Positions 41,801-49,669 of a stretch of DNA of 64,000 nucleotides are shown piece by piece. Made by a program: the position numbers and the translations under genes. Below the pieces are notes generated by a model. It made no database searches, had not been told where the DNA came from, and was given only the letters and a program-made list of their open reading frames with translations. Source of the DNA: Eledone cirrhosa (taxonomy: Eukaryota); assembly GCA_964016885.1 (NCBI GenBank), contig OZ024757.1, forward strand, positions 34,658,001 to 34,722,000, in the 5' to 3' direction. Each line of letters starts with the position of its first letter. Within the stretch, counting starts at the first letter, position 1.

Positions 41801-42141
41801 GATACATATCCTTGTTAAAATGTAATATGTATCCTTGTTAAAATGTAATATGTCCCCCTATTAAAGTATGATACATACCTGCTAAAATGTGATATATATA
41901 CCTGTTAAAATATTAAATACACCTCCTCTGTTAAAATGTGATATATATACATGTTGAAATGCGATATACACTCCTGCTAAAGTATGATATATATGGCCCT
42001 GTTAACATACAAAATGTGATAACCCTGTTAAAATATAATACATACCCCTATTAAAACCCTTAAGTAATAAAATTCCTTAGAGTCATGGTACTTCAGGAAG
42101 GTATAAGTAAACATGGCTATATTTCCTGACAACCAGAGCAG
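18249..42141 (-). CDS. CYBB: NADPH oxidase (NOX1-3/NOX2, gp91phox-like), spliced; 15 coding exons found, first coding exon (~15 aa expected) not located
   Basis: Join on minus strand: 42046-42141, 39900-40007, 39016-39097, 37345-37502, 34035-34135, 31370-31450, 30027-30153, 26620-26712, 26255-26392, 25044-25162, 24467-24503, 22362-22444, 21324-21516, 20265-20389, 18249-18384. All introns are GT-AG, phases are consistent, and the total is 1677 nt ending in TAA. Motifs: CLNLNC..PICRN, four heme His (YHK, LHVVSH, WITHH, IIHG), [39 protein letters not shown]. The symbol is a family-level assignment; orthology is untested. Confidence 0.95.
19142..19199 (+). ncRNA. Type I hammerhead motif
   Basis: CTGT CTGAAGA ACTCAGGCTA..TAGTCCTCAGT GAAA TTTGCA TA ACAG. 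Confidence 0.6.
19462..19782. repeat. Imperfect inverted repeat, ~70-bp arms
   Basis: 19462-19531 vs 19714-19782. Confidence 0.75.
20265..20389 (-). CDS. CYBB: NOX exon E15 ([42 protein letters not shown])
   Basis: gtccag / gtaagt; 125 nt; D.ITxL..KT.FGRP.W. Confidence 0.95.
20631..20798. repeat. 23-bp minisatellite, ~7 copies
   Basis: TGACATCTGGTTGGGAGAGCCTG. Confidence 0.95.
21324..21516 (-). CDS. CYBB: NOX exon E14 (..[39 protein letters not shown])
   Basis: aaacag / gtaata; 193 nt; KKxYFxW and FLSYNIYLT motifs. Confidence 0.92.
22362..22444 (-). CDS. CYBB: NOX exon E13 ([27 protein letters not shown])
   Basis: ttttag / gtaagt; 83 nt; GxGIGVTPF. Confidence 0.96.
22498..22850. repeat. 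37-bp minisatellite, ~7 copies plus degenerate flanks
   Basis: GTTGTTATTGTACCATATTGTCTATAGACATGGAGGT. Confidence 0.95.
23290..23679. repeat. Perfect palindrome, 188-bp arms, 14-nt loop (NOX intron E12-E13)
   Basis: 23290-23477 is the reverse complement of 23492-23679 by manual comparison. Confidence 0.95.
23571..23636 (+). ncRNA. Minimal type I hammerhead motif (mirror copy 23333-23398 on minus strand)
   Basis: TATTTTGT CTGAAGA AGGCATAACATATT-TTT-AATATGTTATCCCT GAAA TATATA TA ATGAAATA. Confidence 0.68.
23913..24258 (-). mobile_element. tRNA-derived SINE family A in NOX intron
   Basis: Full copy; possible target duplication TAGACATCA at ~23909 and ~24269. Confidence 0.9.
24467..24503 (-). 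CDS. CYBB: NOX micro-exon E12 ([12 protein letters not shown])
   Basis: ttgtag / gtaacg; 37 nt; NADPH motif VDGPYG. Confidence 0.93.
25044..25162 (-). CDS. CYBB: NOX exon E11 ([31 protein letters not shown])
   Basis: atctag / gtaagg; 119 nt; FAD motif HIR.VGDWT. Confidence 0.96.
26255..26392 (-). CDS. CYBB: NOX exon E10 ([36 protein letters not shown])
   Basis: ttacag / gtgaga; 138 nt; FAD-binding HPFTLTS. Confidence 0.96.
26444..26570. repeat. 40-bp unit x3 in the short NOX E9-E10 intron
   Basis: TGACCCACATGTCAGTTAAGGTCCACAGAGAACAC. Confidence 0.85.
26620..26712 (-). CDS. CYBB: NOX exon E9 ([31 protein letters not shown])
   Basis: tttcag / gtgggt; 93 nt; TM6 TWKW. Confidence 0.93.
26804..27180. 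mobile_element. Same MITE with ~3 internal tandem units
   Basis: TTAACCTTTTAGCATTT ... AAATGCTAAAGGGTTAA. Confidence 0.8.
27200..27560 (-). mobile_element. Short Helitron-like repeat family (other copies 30195-30505 minus, 38646-38930 plus)
   Basis: Shared aaatggaacgccagctgctgttttgc and ttgtgtgacggacggaa blocks; TC..CTAG ends. Confidence 0.65.
28245..28700. repeat. ~46-bp tandem array derived from the SINE/RTE tail (related inverted array at 39150-39710)
   Basis: GACACCTACACAACCACTTTACAGTGGGGACTAGGTACTTTTTG. Confidence 0.85.
29087..29843. mobile_element. Same MITE (inverted) with 9 x 72-bp internal tandem array
   Basis: TTAACCCTTTAGGATTT ... AAATGTTAAAAGGTTAA; units start at 29185, 29257, 29329, 29401 and onward. 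Confidence 0.85.
30027..30153 (-). CDS. CYBB: NOX exon E8 ([42 protein letters not shown])
   Basis: ttacag / gtaaga; 127 nt; extracellular E-loop with two Cys. Confidence 0.93.
31167..31259 (-). ncRNA. Type I hammerhead ribozyme, canonical core, sense to NOX pre-mRNA
   Basis: Minus strand: ACTA-ATTC-ATCACCCA CTGATGA GCAA..(28 nt)..TTGC GAAA CAGC-ACCAA-GCTG TC TGGGTGAT-TGG-TAGT. This gives an 8-bp stem I plus a distal 4-bp helix, a complete stem III and a GUC cleavage triplet. Confidence 0.85.
31370..31450 (-). CDS. CYBB: NOX exon E7 ([27 protein letters not shown])
   Basis: tttcag / gtgagt; 81 nt; TM5 heme histidines. Confidence 0.96.
31553..32212. repeat. ~74-78-bp minisatellite, ~9 copies
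   Basis: CAGTACCTAGTAGTGCTATCTTTTGTATGCTGTATATATTTGTAAGTCCTGTGGTACTCTATATAAT(AT)n. Confidence 0.95.
33050..33545 (-). mobile_element. Non-LTR retrotransposon C-terminal CCHC fragment (Ingi/Vingi/Jockey-like, clade uncertain)
   Basis: [18 protein letters not shown] / [15 protein letters not shown]; (GAA)n tail. Confidence 0.75.
33682..33936. repeat. Imperfect inverted repeat of Penelope-type termini (NOX intron E6-E7)
   Basis: gaaggactagtgtcc..aactcttttcctagtatatcaagtgttaaactaata mirrored at 33862-33925. Confidence 0.85.
33898..33933 (-). ncRNA. Minimal Penelope-type hammerhead relic (G12A); partner copy at ~33685-33716 keeps GAAAC but lost CTG
   Basis: TTTT CTGATGA A GGAC-TAGT-GTCC AAAA CG TC AAAA. 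Confidence 0.55.
34035..34135 (-). CDS. CYBB: NOX exon E6 ([34 protein letters not shown])
   Basis: ttctag / gtaagt; 101 nt; TM4. Confidence 0.95.
34320..34590 (+). mobile_element. R4/Dong-like LINE C-terminal relic
   Basis: [32 protein letters not shown]. Confidence 0.6.
34940..36225. repeat. 50-bp minisatellite, ~26 highly homogeneous copies
   Basis: ACAGTCAAAGTCTGATAAGACATACCAGCATGTCTGGGAAAGTGTCCTTG; one unit with a 12-bp deletion near 35610. Confidence 0.97.
37345..37502 (-). CDS. CYBB: NOX exon E5 ([22 protein letters not shown]...[10 protein letters not shown])
   Basis: ttccag / gtacgt; 158 nt; second TM3 heme His; lies within ORF-track 37282..37548. Confidence 0.92.
37765..38640 (-). 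mobile_element. RTE-type LINE 3' fragment
   Basis: [21 protein letters not shown]; (CAT)n tail on the plus strand. Confidence 0.85.
39016..39097 (-). CDS. CYBB: NOX exon E4 ([27 protein letters not shown])
   Basis: atttag / gtaaga; 82 nt; B-loop and first heme His. Confidence 0.93.
39900..40007 (-). CDS. CYBB: NOX exon E3 ([36 protein letters not shown])
   Basis: ttacag / gtgagt; 108 nt; TM2 signature AR..AACLN.NC. Confidence 0.95.
40097..42056. repeat. Degenerate ~26-28-bp minisatellite interrupted by a SINE tail and a LINE
   Basis: (c)ctgttaaaatgtgatatatacc-type units at 40097-40320, 40520-40620 and 41778-42056. Confidence 0.8.
40625..41775 (+). mobile_element. LINE reverse transcriptase fragment inserted in an intronic minisatellite
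   Basis: [41 protein letters not shown]; a shorter 3' copy lies at 43412-43645. Confidence 0.9.
42046..42141 (-). CDS. CYBB: NOX exon E2 ([32 protein letters not shown])
   Basis: tttcag acceptor, GGG|gtatgt donor; 96 nt, phase 0/0; aligns with NOX2 TM1 LVWLGLN..FFYTRKLLG. Confidence 0.9.
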
Positions 42142-42329
42142 CTGAAATAGAAAGAAAGAAGAGAATATATACATATACACACATAACATTGCTGAAGTTT
42201 CATTAATACAGTAAACACTCCGTGTTTGGATGGAATGTTGTCTTTCAATAATAATTATTTAATCTGTTCGTGTTTACAACAGACGCTGACGTTCTGTCTA
42301 TCTTTCTCTCTCTCTCACTCAAATCTATC

Positions 42330-42905
42330 TCCTCTCTTCTATCTATTTTAATGAAGAATGACATGATGCTGAATGAAAACAAAAGCAATATATACAAACA
42401 CACACACCGACCACAACTAAATATGGAATGATACGAGATGCCCCCCCCCCCCTCCAACAGCTTTGGCAGTCAGAATAGGTAAGGCGTTTCTCCGTAAGAC
42501 AGCAAGGGAGATGCGCTGGAAAAGCCACTCCAATTTGCGGGACTTACACCTGCGGCTGGCCAGCTCAGCGCCTATGGTGGTGAGTAGGAAGGTAGCCCTA
42601 GGGCCGAGGACGCCAAGGGTACGACCGCAAACCTGTCGGAGAGCGACCGATATTTGAGGAGTTTGGCCCCCTCAGGCCAACGTGCAGCAGAACCCGGGTC
42701 AGTCGCAGACTGCACCAGGTTGTGGCTGCAGAAAGTGTCGGTGCAAGTGGCATCCCAGATGAGGGGTTTTCCGCCGCGGAACGGGAAGATGGTCATGCCA
42801 TCTGGCCTTTTGCCGTCCCCTCGGTCCAGCCCACCGGCTTGAGCTGGGAAGGGAAGCCTGCAGCATCCAAGTCATGCTTAATGACCTTATTGAGGGCAGC
42901 ATGGC
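42330..42905 (-). mobile_element. Second CRE-type fragment with 3' tail, same family as 11470-11950
   Basis: Near-identical GC-rich block; GGKPLIWDATCTDT. Confidence 0.85.
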
Positions 42906-45224
42906 ATATGGATTGAGAAGGACGAGGCTGTGTGGTTACTGATAACGAGTGTTAGAAAGTAAAGGGACACAAACAAGAGATGGACATTTTCCCTTCATCA
43001 GTTGTCTACTACGGGTCTCAGATGTTTCAGCGCATTATATATATATCATTAATACACAATAAAAGAGATAAGTCCAAAGACCACTGGAGCAATATGAAAA
43101 TTTAGTATCTTGCTCAAGGATACAATACATTGACTGATCCAGGAATCCGACTGAGAACCTCACAACTGTGAATCCAATGTTCTAACCACTACAACTACAG
43201 GAGGTATTCAGTTTGAGCGACCAGTTACAGGCAGTTTCAACAGAAAGAGGTAGAGAATTCTGGCCCGGTTTGAACACTAAAGGGTTAAGCCAGGAGGTCT
43301 CCATCTCTCTATGGATCTTAACACAGCAGATTTCTTCCAGGGAAGGACAGAAAGTGAGAGAGAGGAAAGAAGGATCGACACAAGTACTAGAGTGGTACTT
43401 GTTTTATAGAGACTGAGGTTAGCTGGATATGCTCACCAATATTCAGAGTTGACACTGCACTCAGTGCTCCTGTGGGAGCCCTTACACGGACATACTAGAA
43501 GAGGGCAACCGAGGTTGACATATATTGATGCCCTAAGGACAGACACAGGTCTATTGAAAACGCAGGCGGTGATGATGAAGGACAGAGACTTCTGGAGATA
43601 ACTTGTCCATGGATCTCGGGAATTTTACCCGCCTTAAATAGATAGATAAAACGATGAAGGCAAAGTTGACAGTTTACCTGACACTAAAGAAATTTCGATT
43701 ACATTTTAGTTTTGCTTAGGCCCCTCTCTGCCATCTGGAGTATAGGCCGCCAAGAGGTTTTCTCCAGCCATCACAATCTTGAACTTGTCACATAAACTGT
43801 CCTCAGTGATATCCCAATATCTTTGCCAATATCTCACAGATCATGGCACCAGGTATTCCTAGGTTTTCCTTTATCCCAGTGGGTTCCTGATCTGGGCTTG
43901 CCTTATCGTGGCACTAGATGCAGGCTTTAAGAGGGTCTGACCAATCCATCTCCATAACCTCGGGATAATTTTATAGTGGACAGGCTGTTGATGAGTTCCT
44001 AAACCTTGATTATTAAGGTCTGGGTTTAGACGAAGGACTAGCAAAGCAGTCTTTCAGAGAGTCTGACCAATCCATCTCTGTCAACTCTGGATAATTTCAT
44101 TGTGGGCAGGCTGTTGATGAGTTCACTGCCACATTTCCTAAGTCTGGATTATTAAGGAGTGGAGTTAGGGAAGGGGCTTGATGAGCCTCCGGGCTCGAAA
44201 CAGACTTTACACTTTCGGGTTAGGCTGGGGGCTAGCTAAGCCTGGATTATTAAGTAGTGGGGTTAGGCGCATGACCTAATTATAAGAGTGTTGGAGTAAC
44301 GATCATAATGTTGTGGGTTTAATTCCTGGACTGGGTTGTGTTCTTGAACAAAACACTTCATTTCAAGTTGCTCCAGTATAATCAGCTAAAAATGAGTACC
44401 AGAAATATCTGGAGGTTTAACCCTGCAATCGACTTACATCCTGTCTAATGGGTGGGAGTTTCCAATAGAAACATCCATAAAGTTATTTTTAAATGTAATT
44501 CTATTTCATTGAAGAAATCTTGTGGTTTTATTTCACCTGCTTTATTAATGCATTATTCACAGTCCTGTTAGACACATTAACTACATACCTATTAATTTTA
44601 AGTTCAAAAAGTTCACATAGTGGAAAGCCACAACTGTTGTTTAACTACACCCCCTCACACATTCCCTCTCTCTTTCATGAACTCACCTGAACAGGTCTCA
44701 CTTAACAGCAGCTTACCTGGAACTAAATAACCCGTTGCTACTACGTATATGGGGGGGGGGGGGTGAGATTTTATTTAAAGTGTATTGAAACGAAACTTGG
44801 CGGTAACTGTGATGTATTGAGAGACTTTGTCAGCTACTCTCAGGTCTTAAATAAACCCTCTCCCCTCGCTTATTAAATTTTGCTAATCTATCTCTGGCGT
44901 AATTTGATTTTAAGTGGTCGCATCCGGTGATAATTAATTTTCTTTAGACATTAAAAAAACATACATGACAAGAAATTCCATACGTCATAAAATAAATAGG
45001 ATGGCCTGAGGTCTCAATATGTAAACTAAACGACTAATTCTGGTTTTAAAAAAAGAATCAACGGAGACAACCTAGAAAACTTATCGATTTTCCAACCCTT
45101 TCTATTATTTGGGACCCAAGAGTAATTTTAACATCTTTGTATTAAACTGTGATTATCAAATTTACAAACCCTTTCCCCTACCTTTTAATTACTGTATATT
45201 TAATGAAACAATCAACCATATATA

Positions 45225-46000
45225 TCACCTGTGATCATTGTATATCTATAAATACTTTCACCCACATCTCTTACCTGTAAATACAGAATATTTAACGAAA
45301 ACATGACCTTGTAATTACAAATAATATCACCCACATATATTACCTGTAATTAGAAATATCACCTGTAATCTAACTATAATTAGAAATAGTTTCACACATC
45401 TATTACTTGTATTTACTAACACTTTCACTCACATCTGATACCTGTAATTACTAACACTTTCACTCACATCTGTTATCTGTAATTACTAACACTTTCACTC
45501 ACATCTGTTACCTGTAATTACTAACACTTTCACTCACATCTGATACCTGTAATTACTAACACTTTCACTCACATCTGTTACCTGTAATTACAAATACTTT
45601 TACTCGCATCTATTACCTGTAATTACAAATACTTTCACTCGCATCTATTACCTGTAATTACAAATACTTTCACTCGCATCTATTACCTGTAATTACAAAT
45701 ACTTTTACTCGCATCTATTACCTGTAATTACAAATACTTTTACTCGCATCTATTACCTCTAATTACTAATACTTTTACTCGCATCTATTACCTCTAATTA
45801 CTAATACTTTTACTCACATCTGATTACTTTAATTATAAATAGACCCACCTTTATTTATTACCTTTAATTACAGTATAAATACTCTCACCCACACCTATTT
45901 TTACCTGTACTAATTTATATTTACCATATGTTTGTTTACAAAAACCTTCTGTTACCTGCAAGTTTATATTATCCACGTCTATTTATTTACCTGTAACTCA
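45225..46000. repeat. 35-bp minisatellite (~12 regular copies, 45405-45835) with degenerate flanks
   Basis: TTACTAACACTTTCACTCACATCTGTTACCTGTAA; the minus strand contains CAG|GTAAC. Confidence 0.9.
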
Positions 46001-46267
46001 CTCGGTATTTTTGTTTACGAAACAAGCAAATAAAACATTTATTTGACAGCCGTCCCTGCCGGGCGGGGTTTTTTTTTTAGGTCAACACAGACAACCATGT
46101 GCAACTAACCACAAAGAACAAGAAATCAATCACTGAAATATTAACTTAAATAGTCCTTACAAACCCAAGGTAACACAGCAAAAAGCCTATTTAGCCTTAC
46201 TCGGACGAAAGCTAGGAAATTCCACAATTTATTATTCTTCTGAACATTATCTCCATAATTATATGGT

Positions 46268-46386
46268 TGGTACGGCCATATCACGCTGAAAACACCGGTT
46301 CTCGTCCGATCATCGAAGTTAAGCAACGTCGAGCCTAGTTAGTACTTAGATGGGTGACCGCTTGGGAACCCTAGGTGCCGTAAGCG
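46268..46386 (+). rRNA. 5S: 5S rRNA copy, probably a dispersed pseudogene
   Basis: TACGGCCATATCACGCTGAAAACACCGGTTCTCGTCCGATC..GAAGTTAAGCAACGTCGAGCCTAGTTAGTACTTAGATGGGTGACCGCTTGGGAACCCTAGGTGCCGTAAGC, about 119 nt. The first 3 nt (TGG) do not pair with the 3' AGC of helix I, and no T4 terminator follows. Confidence 0.9.
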
Positions 46387-46398
46387 TTAAATTTGTAT

Positions 46399-46544
46399 GG
46401 AGGCACATGGCTTAGTGGTTAGAGAATTGGCCTGGCAATCGAAAGGTTGTGAGTTCAATTGTCAGACCGGGTGATGTGTATTTCCTTGAGCAAGACACTT
46501 TATTTCACATTGCTCCAGTTTACTCAGCTATAGAAATGAGATGA
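46399..46544 (+). mobile_element. SINE family A 5' half immediately downstream of the 5S copy
   Basis: GGAGGCACATGGCTTAGTGG..ccttgagcaagacactttatttcac..gaaatgagatga. Confidence 0.88.
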
Positions 46545-46553
46545 CTTGAAAGT

Positions 46554-46584
<31 letters not shown>

Positions 46585-47399
46585 GGGGAGGGGGTTAAAA
46601 CAAAAAGTGCGTCTTATACACAGGAAAAATACGAAAGGTAGTACTGAATAAAAGTAAACTTACAATCATTAACCATCTCGGTCCTTCGTTAACCAAAGTT
46701 TTCATTTTTCACAGTTAAATATTGGACAAGGTAGTTTAAATTAGTAAATAAGGTACTGAATTAAATTTGTTGTGTATATAACATACTGGTGCTGTATTTA
46801 TACTATATAATTATGTATGTGAGTATATTTTGTATTGTATTGCCCTAAATAAGGTAAATACATAATATATATACGCATGAACACACGCTGTGGTGCTACG
46901 TGTGTATTTGTATGTAAATAAATAAAATTTATTACAATCACGACCAACGTCGGACACTCCTCGTTTTTTCATTGTATTTATATTTTAGGTGTGTCTGTTC
47001 TCGTTATTGTGTTATTAGTTTATTTGCTTTTGACTTCCACAGTGTATTGAAAGTCGTAATGTTGGTGTTAACTGACCATATGTGACGAAAGGACACCAGA
47101 TGAACGCTCTGATAAACCTACATAACAATAACAAATCTTACAATTTTTTTTAGATATTTACACACAAAGGTGCTTCCTTGGTATGACTCGTTAAAACAAA
47201 AATTTAAATATTTTTCGTAACCTAATTACAATTGTCTCTGTGTAAAAGTGAGTGGACACATCCGTTTATTTTTTCTTTAATTTTTTTTTGTCTCTAACTA
47301 ATTTCTATTAATATATATATATATATATATATATCTGTATAGTAAAAAATTGAACGGGAACAAAACAGAGAGGCAGTACGAACAAAGGATATATATATA

Positions 47400-47862
47400 T
47401 ATCTGTATATATATAAAATTAAGTGTGTGTCTGTGTATTACCTATAGGGGCCTACATCTTACGACCGATTTTCATGAAACTTTACAGGCTCATAGATTAG
47501 TCATCGGGGAGTGTTTTCTATATATCAGCGTATCGTTTTGTTTTTTTTTATTCCGGGGTCGTTCTGCAGATAAAAATCGATAGGGGGGTCACCTTTTTTT
47601 AGGTATCGAAAAATAAGATTTTGGGCTCTAGCTCCCACATTTTTCAACCGATTTCGTTCAAATTCGAAAATCCCTCCCCCAGCATGCCCCTTCGTCAGTC
47701 ACCCGCGTTTCTCAGTGATAGAGGTCATCACCCCCCCCCCCCCTCCCCCGCACGGCCTGTGTGTGGCCATAGATGAGTCATCGAGAAGCAGTCGTTAAGA
47801 TAAACACCATTTCATCAAAGCAGATATTATTTTACCTACCCAGGCAACGCTGGGTACTTGTT
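47400..47862 (+). mobile_element. Non-autonomous Helitron-like element
   Basis: 5' atctgtatatatataaa..accgattttcatgaaactt; 3' cccaggcaacgctgggtac. Confidence 0.55.
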
Positions 47863-48654
47863 TTTACATGTAGTTTTACAAACGTCGTGGTTGTAATAAT
47901 GTACAAAGATCTTTTGTAGAAGACTCATGTGACCTTCTCAATCCTTTTCTAAAATTCATTCCTCCCAAGCAACATAAACTTGTAAAAGACATTACTAAAT
48001 ATTTCATCCCCATTATCATCATCTACCACCGTCATCATCACCATAGGACAAGTCTTTTCCAGTACACCATCTCTTCACTTGTCGCGGTCCTTCGTCATCT
48101 CCTCTTTGAGATTCAATGATTTGAGATCAGCTCTAACAACCTGTGTCCAGATCTTCTTTCTTCTCCCTCTACTGCAGCTTCCTTCTACTGGGATTTCTTG
48201 GCACTTCTTCCCTCAATGATCCTCAGCCATAACCTAACATCACATGTCCACACCAGCGCAGTCTTCTCTCCTGTACACTACATCTGATTCCTCTTACACC
48301 CAGTTTTTCTCTCAGGTCATCCTTGCTTTGCTGTTCATGTACACTCTAATATGACATGTCGATACCAGCACAGTCCTCTCTCCTGCACATTAGTTATACC
48401 CAGTTTGTTTTTCAAATCCTCCATCAGTGAACCAATAACCATTTAAACTAACTGAGGAATGGTAGGTTACCTAACTAATAGTTGTTTCTACTTTTGGCAC
48501 AAGGCCAGCAATTATCCCAGTATATTACTGGTACTTTATTTTATCGACACCGTAAGGATGAAAGGCAAAGTTAACCTCAGCAGGATTTGAACTCAAACCA
48601 TAAAGGACCGTAACTCTTCGCTGCAGAGCATGGCGTCCGACCCTCTACCGATAC

Positions 48655-49132
48655 TGCCAATAAGAAACACACGCACCAGTTGCTTTCACTTCAATTTATT
48701 ATATATTTATAAATTTATAAATTTACAAATCTACAAATTTATAAATTTCTGGTTGGTTGGTTGGTTCCACAACCAGATAGTTGTTTATATGTAGTCATAG
48801 TCCTTTCGTCACACACTCTGTGACCTCTTCAGTGACTGGGGATTCCTTTCTTTGTTTCTGTGCCTTTTCTTTCTTCTGTCCTACGCCATTTTGTTGAGAA
48901 ACAAAATGGCGTAGGACAGAAGAAAGAAAAGGCACAGAAACAAAGAAAGGAATCCCCAGTCACTGAAGAGGTCACAGAGTGTGTGACGAAAGGACTATGA
49001 CTACATATAAACAACTATCTGGTTGTGGAACCAACCAACCAACCAGAAATTTATAGATTTGTAAATTTATAAATTTATAAATATATAATAAATTGAAGTG
49101 AAAGCAACTGGTGCGTGTGTTTCTTATTGGCA
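48655..49132. repeat. Near-perfect palindrome, ~240-bp arms, 4-nt loop (GAGA)
   Basis: Centre CCATTTTGTT-GAGA-AACAAAATGG at 48896-48899; one ~8-bp indel between the arms. Confidence 0.95.
48958..49002 (+). ncRNA. Minimal type I hammerhead motif (mirror copy 48793-48837 on minus strand)
   Basis: AGTCA CTGAAGA G GTCACA-GAGTG-TGTGAC GAAA GGAC TA TGACT. Confidence 0.7.
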
Positions 49133-49214
49133 ACATGACCCTCCCAAAGTATAACAATATCGGTTTCAACACACGATTTCAGATAAAGAATCTTGCTAAA
49201 CAAATTCAGAAACG

Positions 49215-49265
<51 letters not shown>

Positions 49266-49669
49266 GCTCAGCATAACTCCATAAAAAACATCTGTTACTA
49301 TATTCAGCTGCGTGTTGCCTGGAGAAACTTGAAACTGAAAATGGAATCAATTATTGATTCTATTCTTATCTTTAGCTTTAAAAATAATTTCTACTTTTGG
49401 CACAAGGCCAGCAATTATTCCAGTGTATTACTGGTACTTTATTTGATCAACCCTGTAATAATTGTTTCTACTTTTGGCACAAGGCCAGCAATTATCCCAG
49501 TGCATTACTGGTACTTTATTTGATCAACCCTGTAATAATTGTTTCTACTTTTGGCACAAGGCCACCAATTATCCCAGTGCATTACTGGTACTTTATTTTA
49601 TCGACCCCGTAAGGATGAAAGGCAAAGCTAACCTTGGCAGGATTTGAACTCAGAACATAAAGGGCTTTA

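Noticed and set aside
42975-43035. Possible type II hammerhead on the minus strand (GAAACATC..CTGATGAAGG)
   Set aside because: Stems I and II do not pair convincingly.
46564-46594. Long poly-G run as a functional G-quadruplex
   Set aside because: Simple homopolymer next to a T-run; its length is assembly-sensitive and there is no supporting context.
49385-49600. Three ~70-bp direct repeats as a regulatory array
   Set aside because: Tandem re-duplication of the family-B SINE 3' tail.
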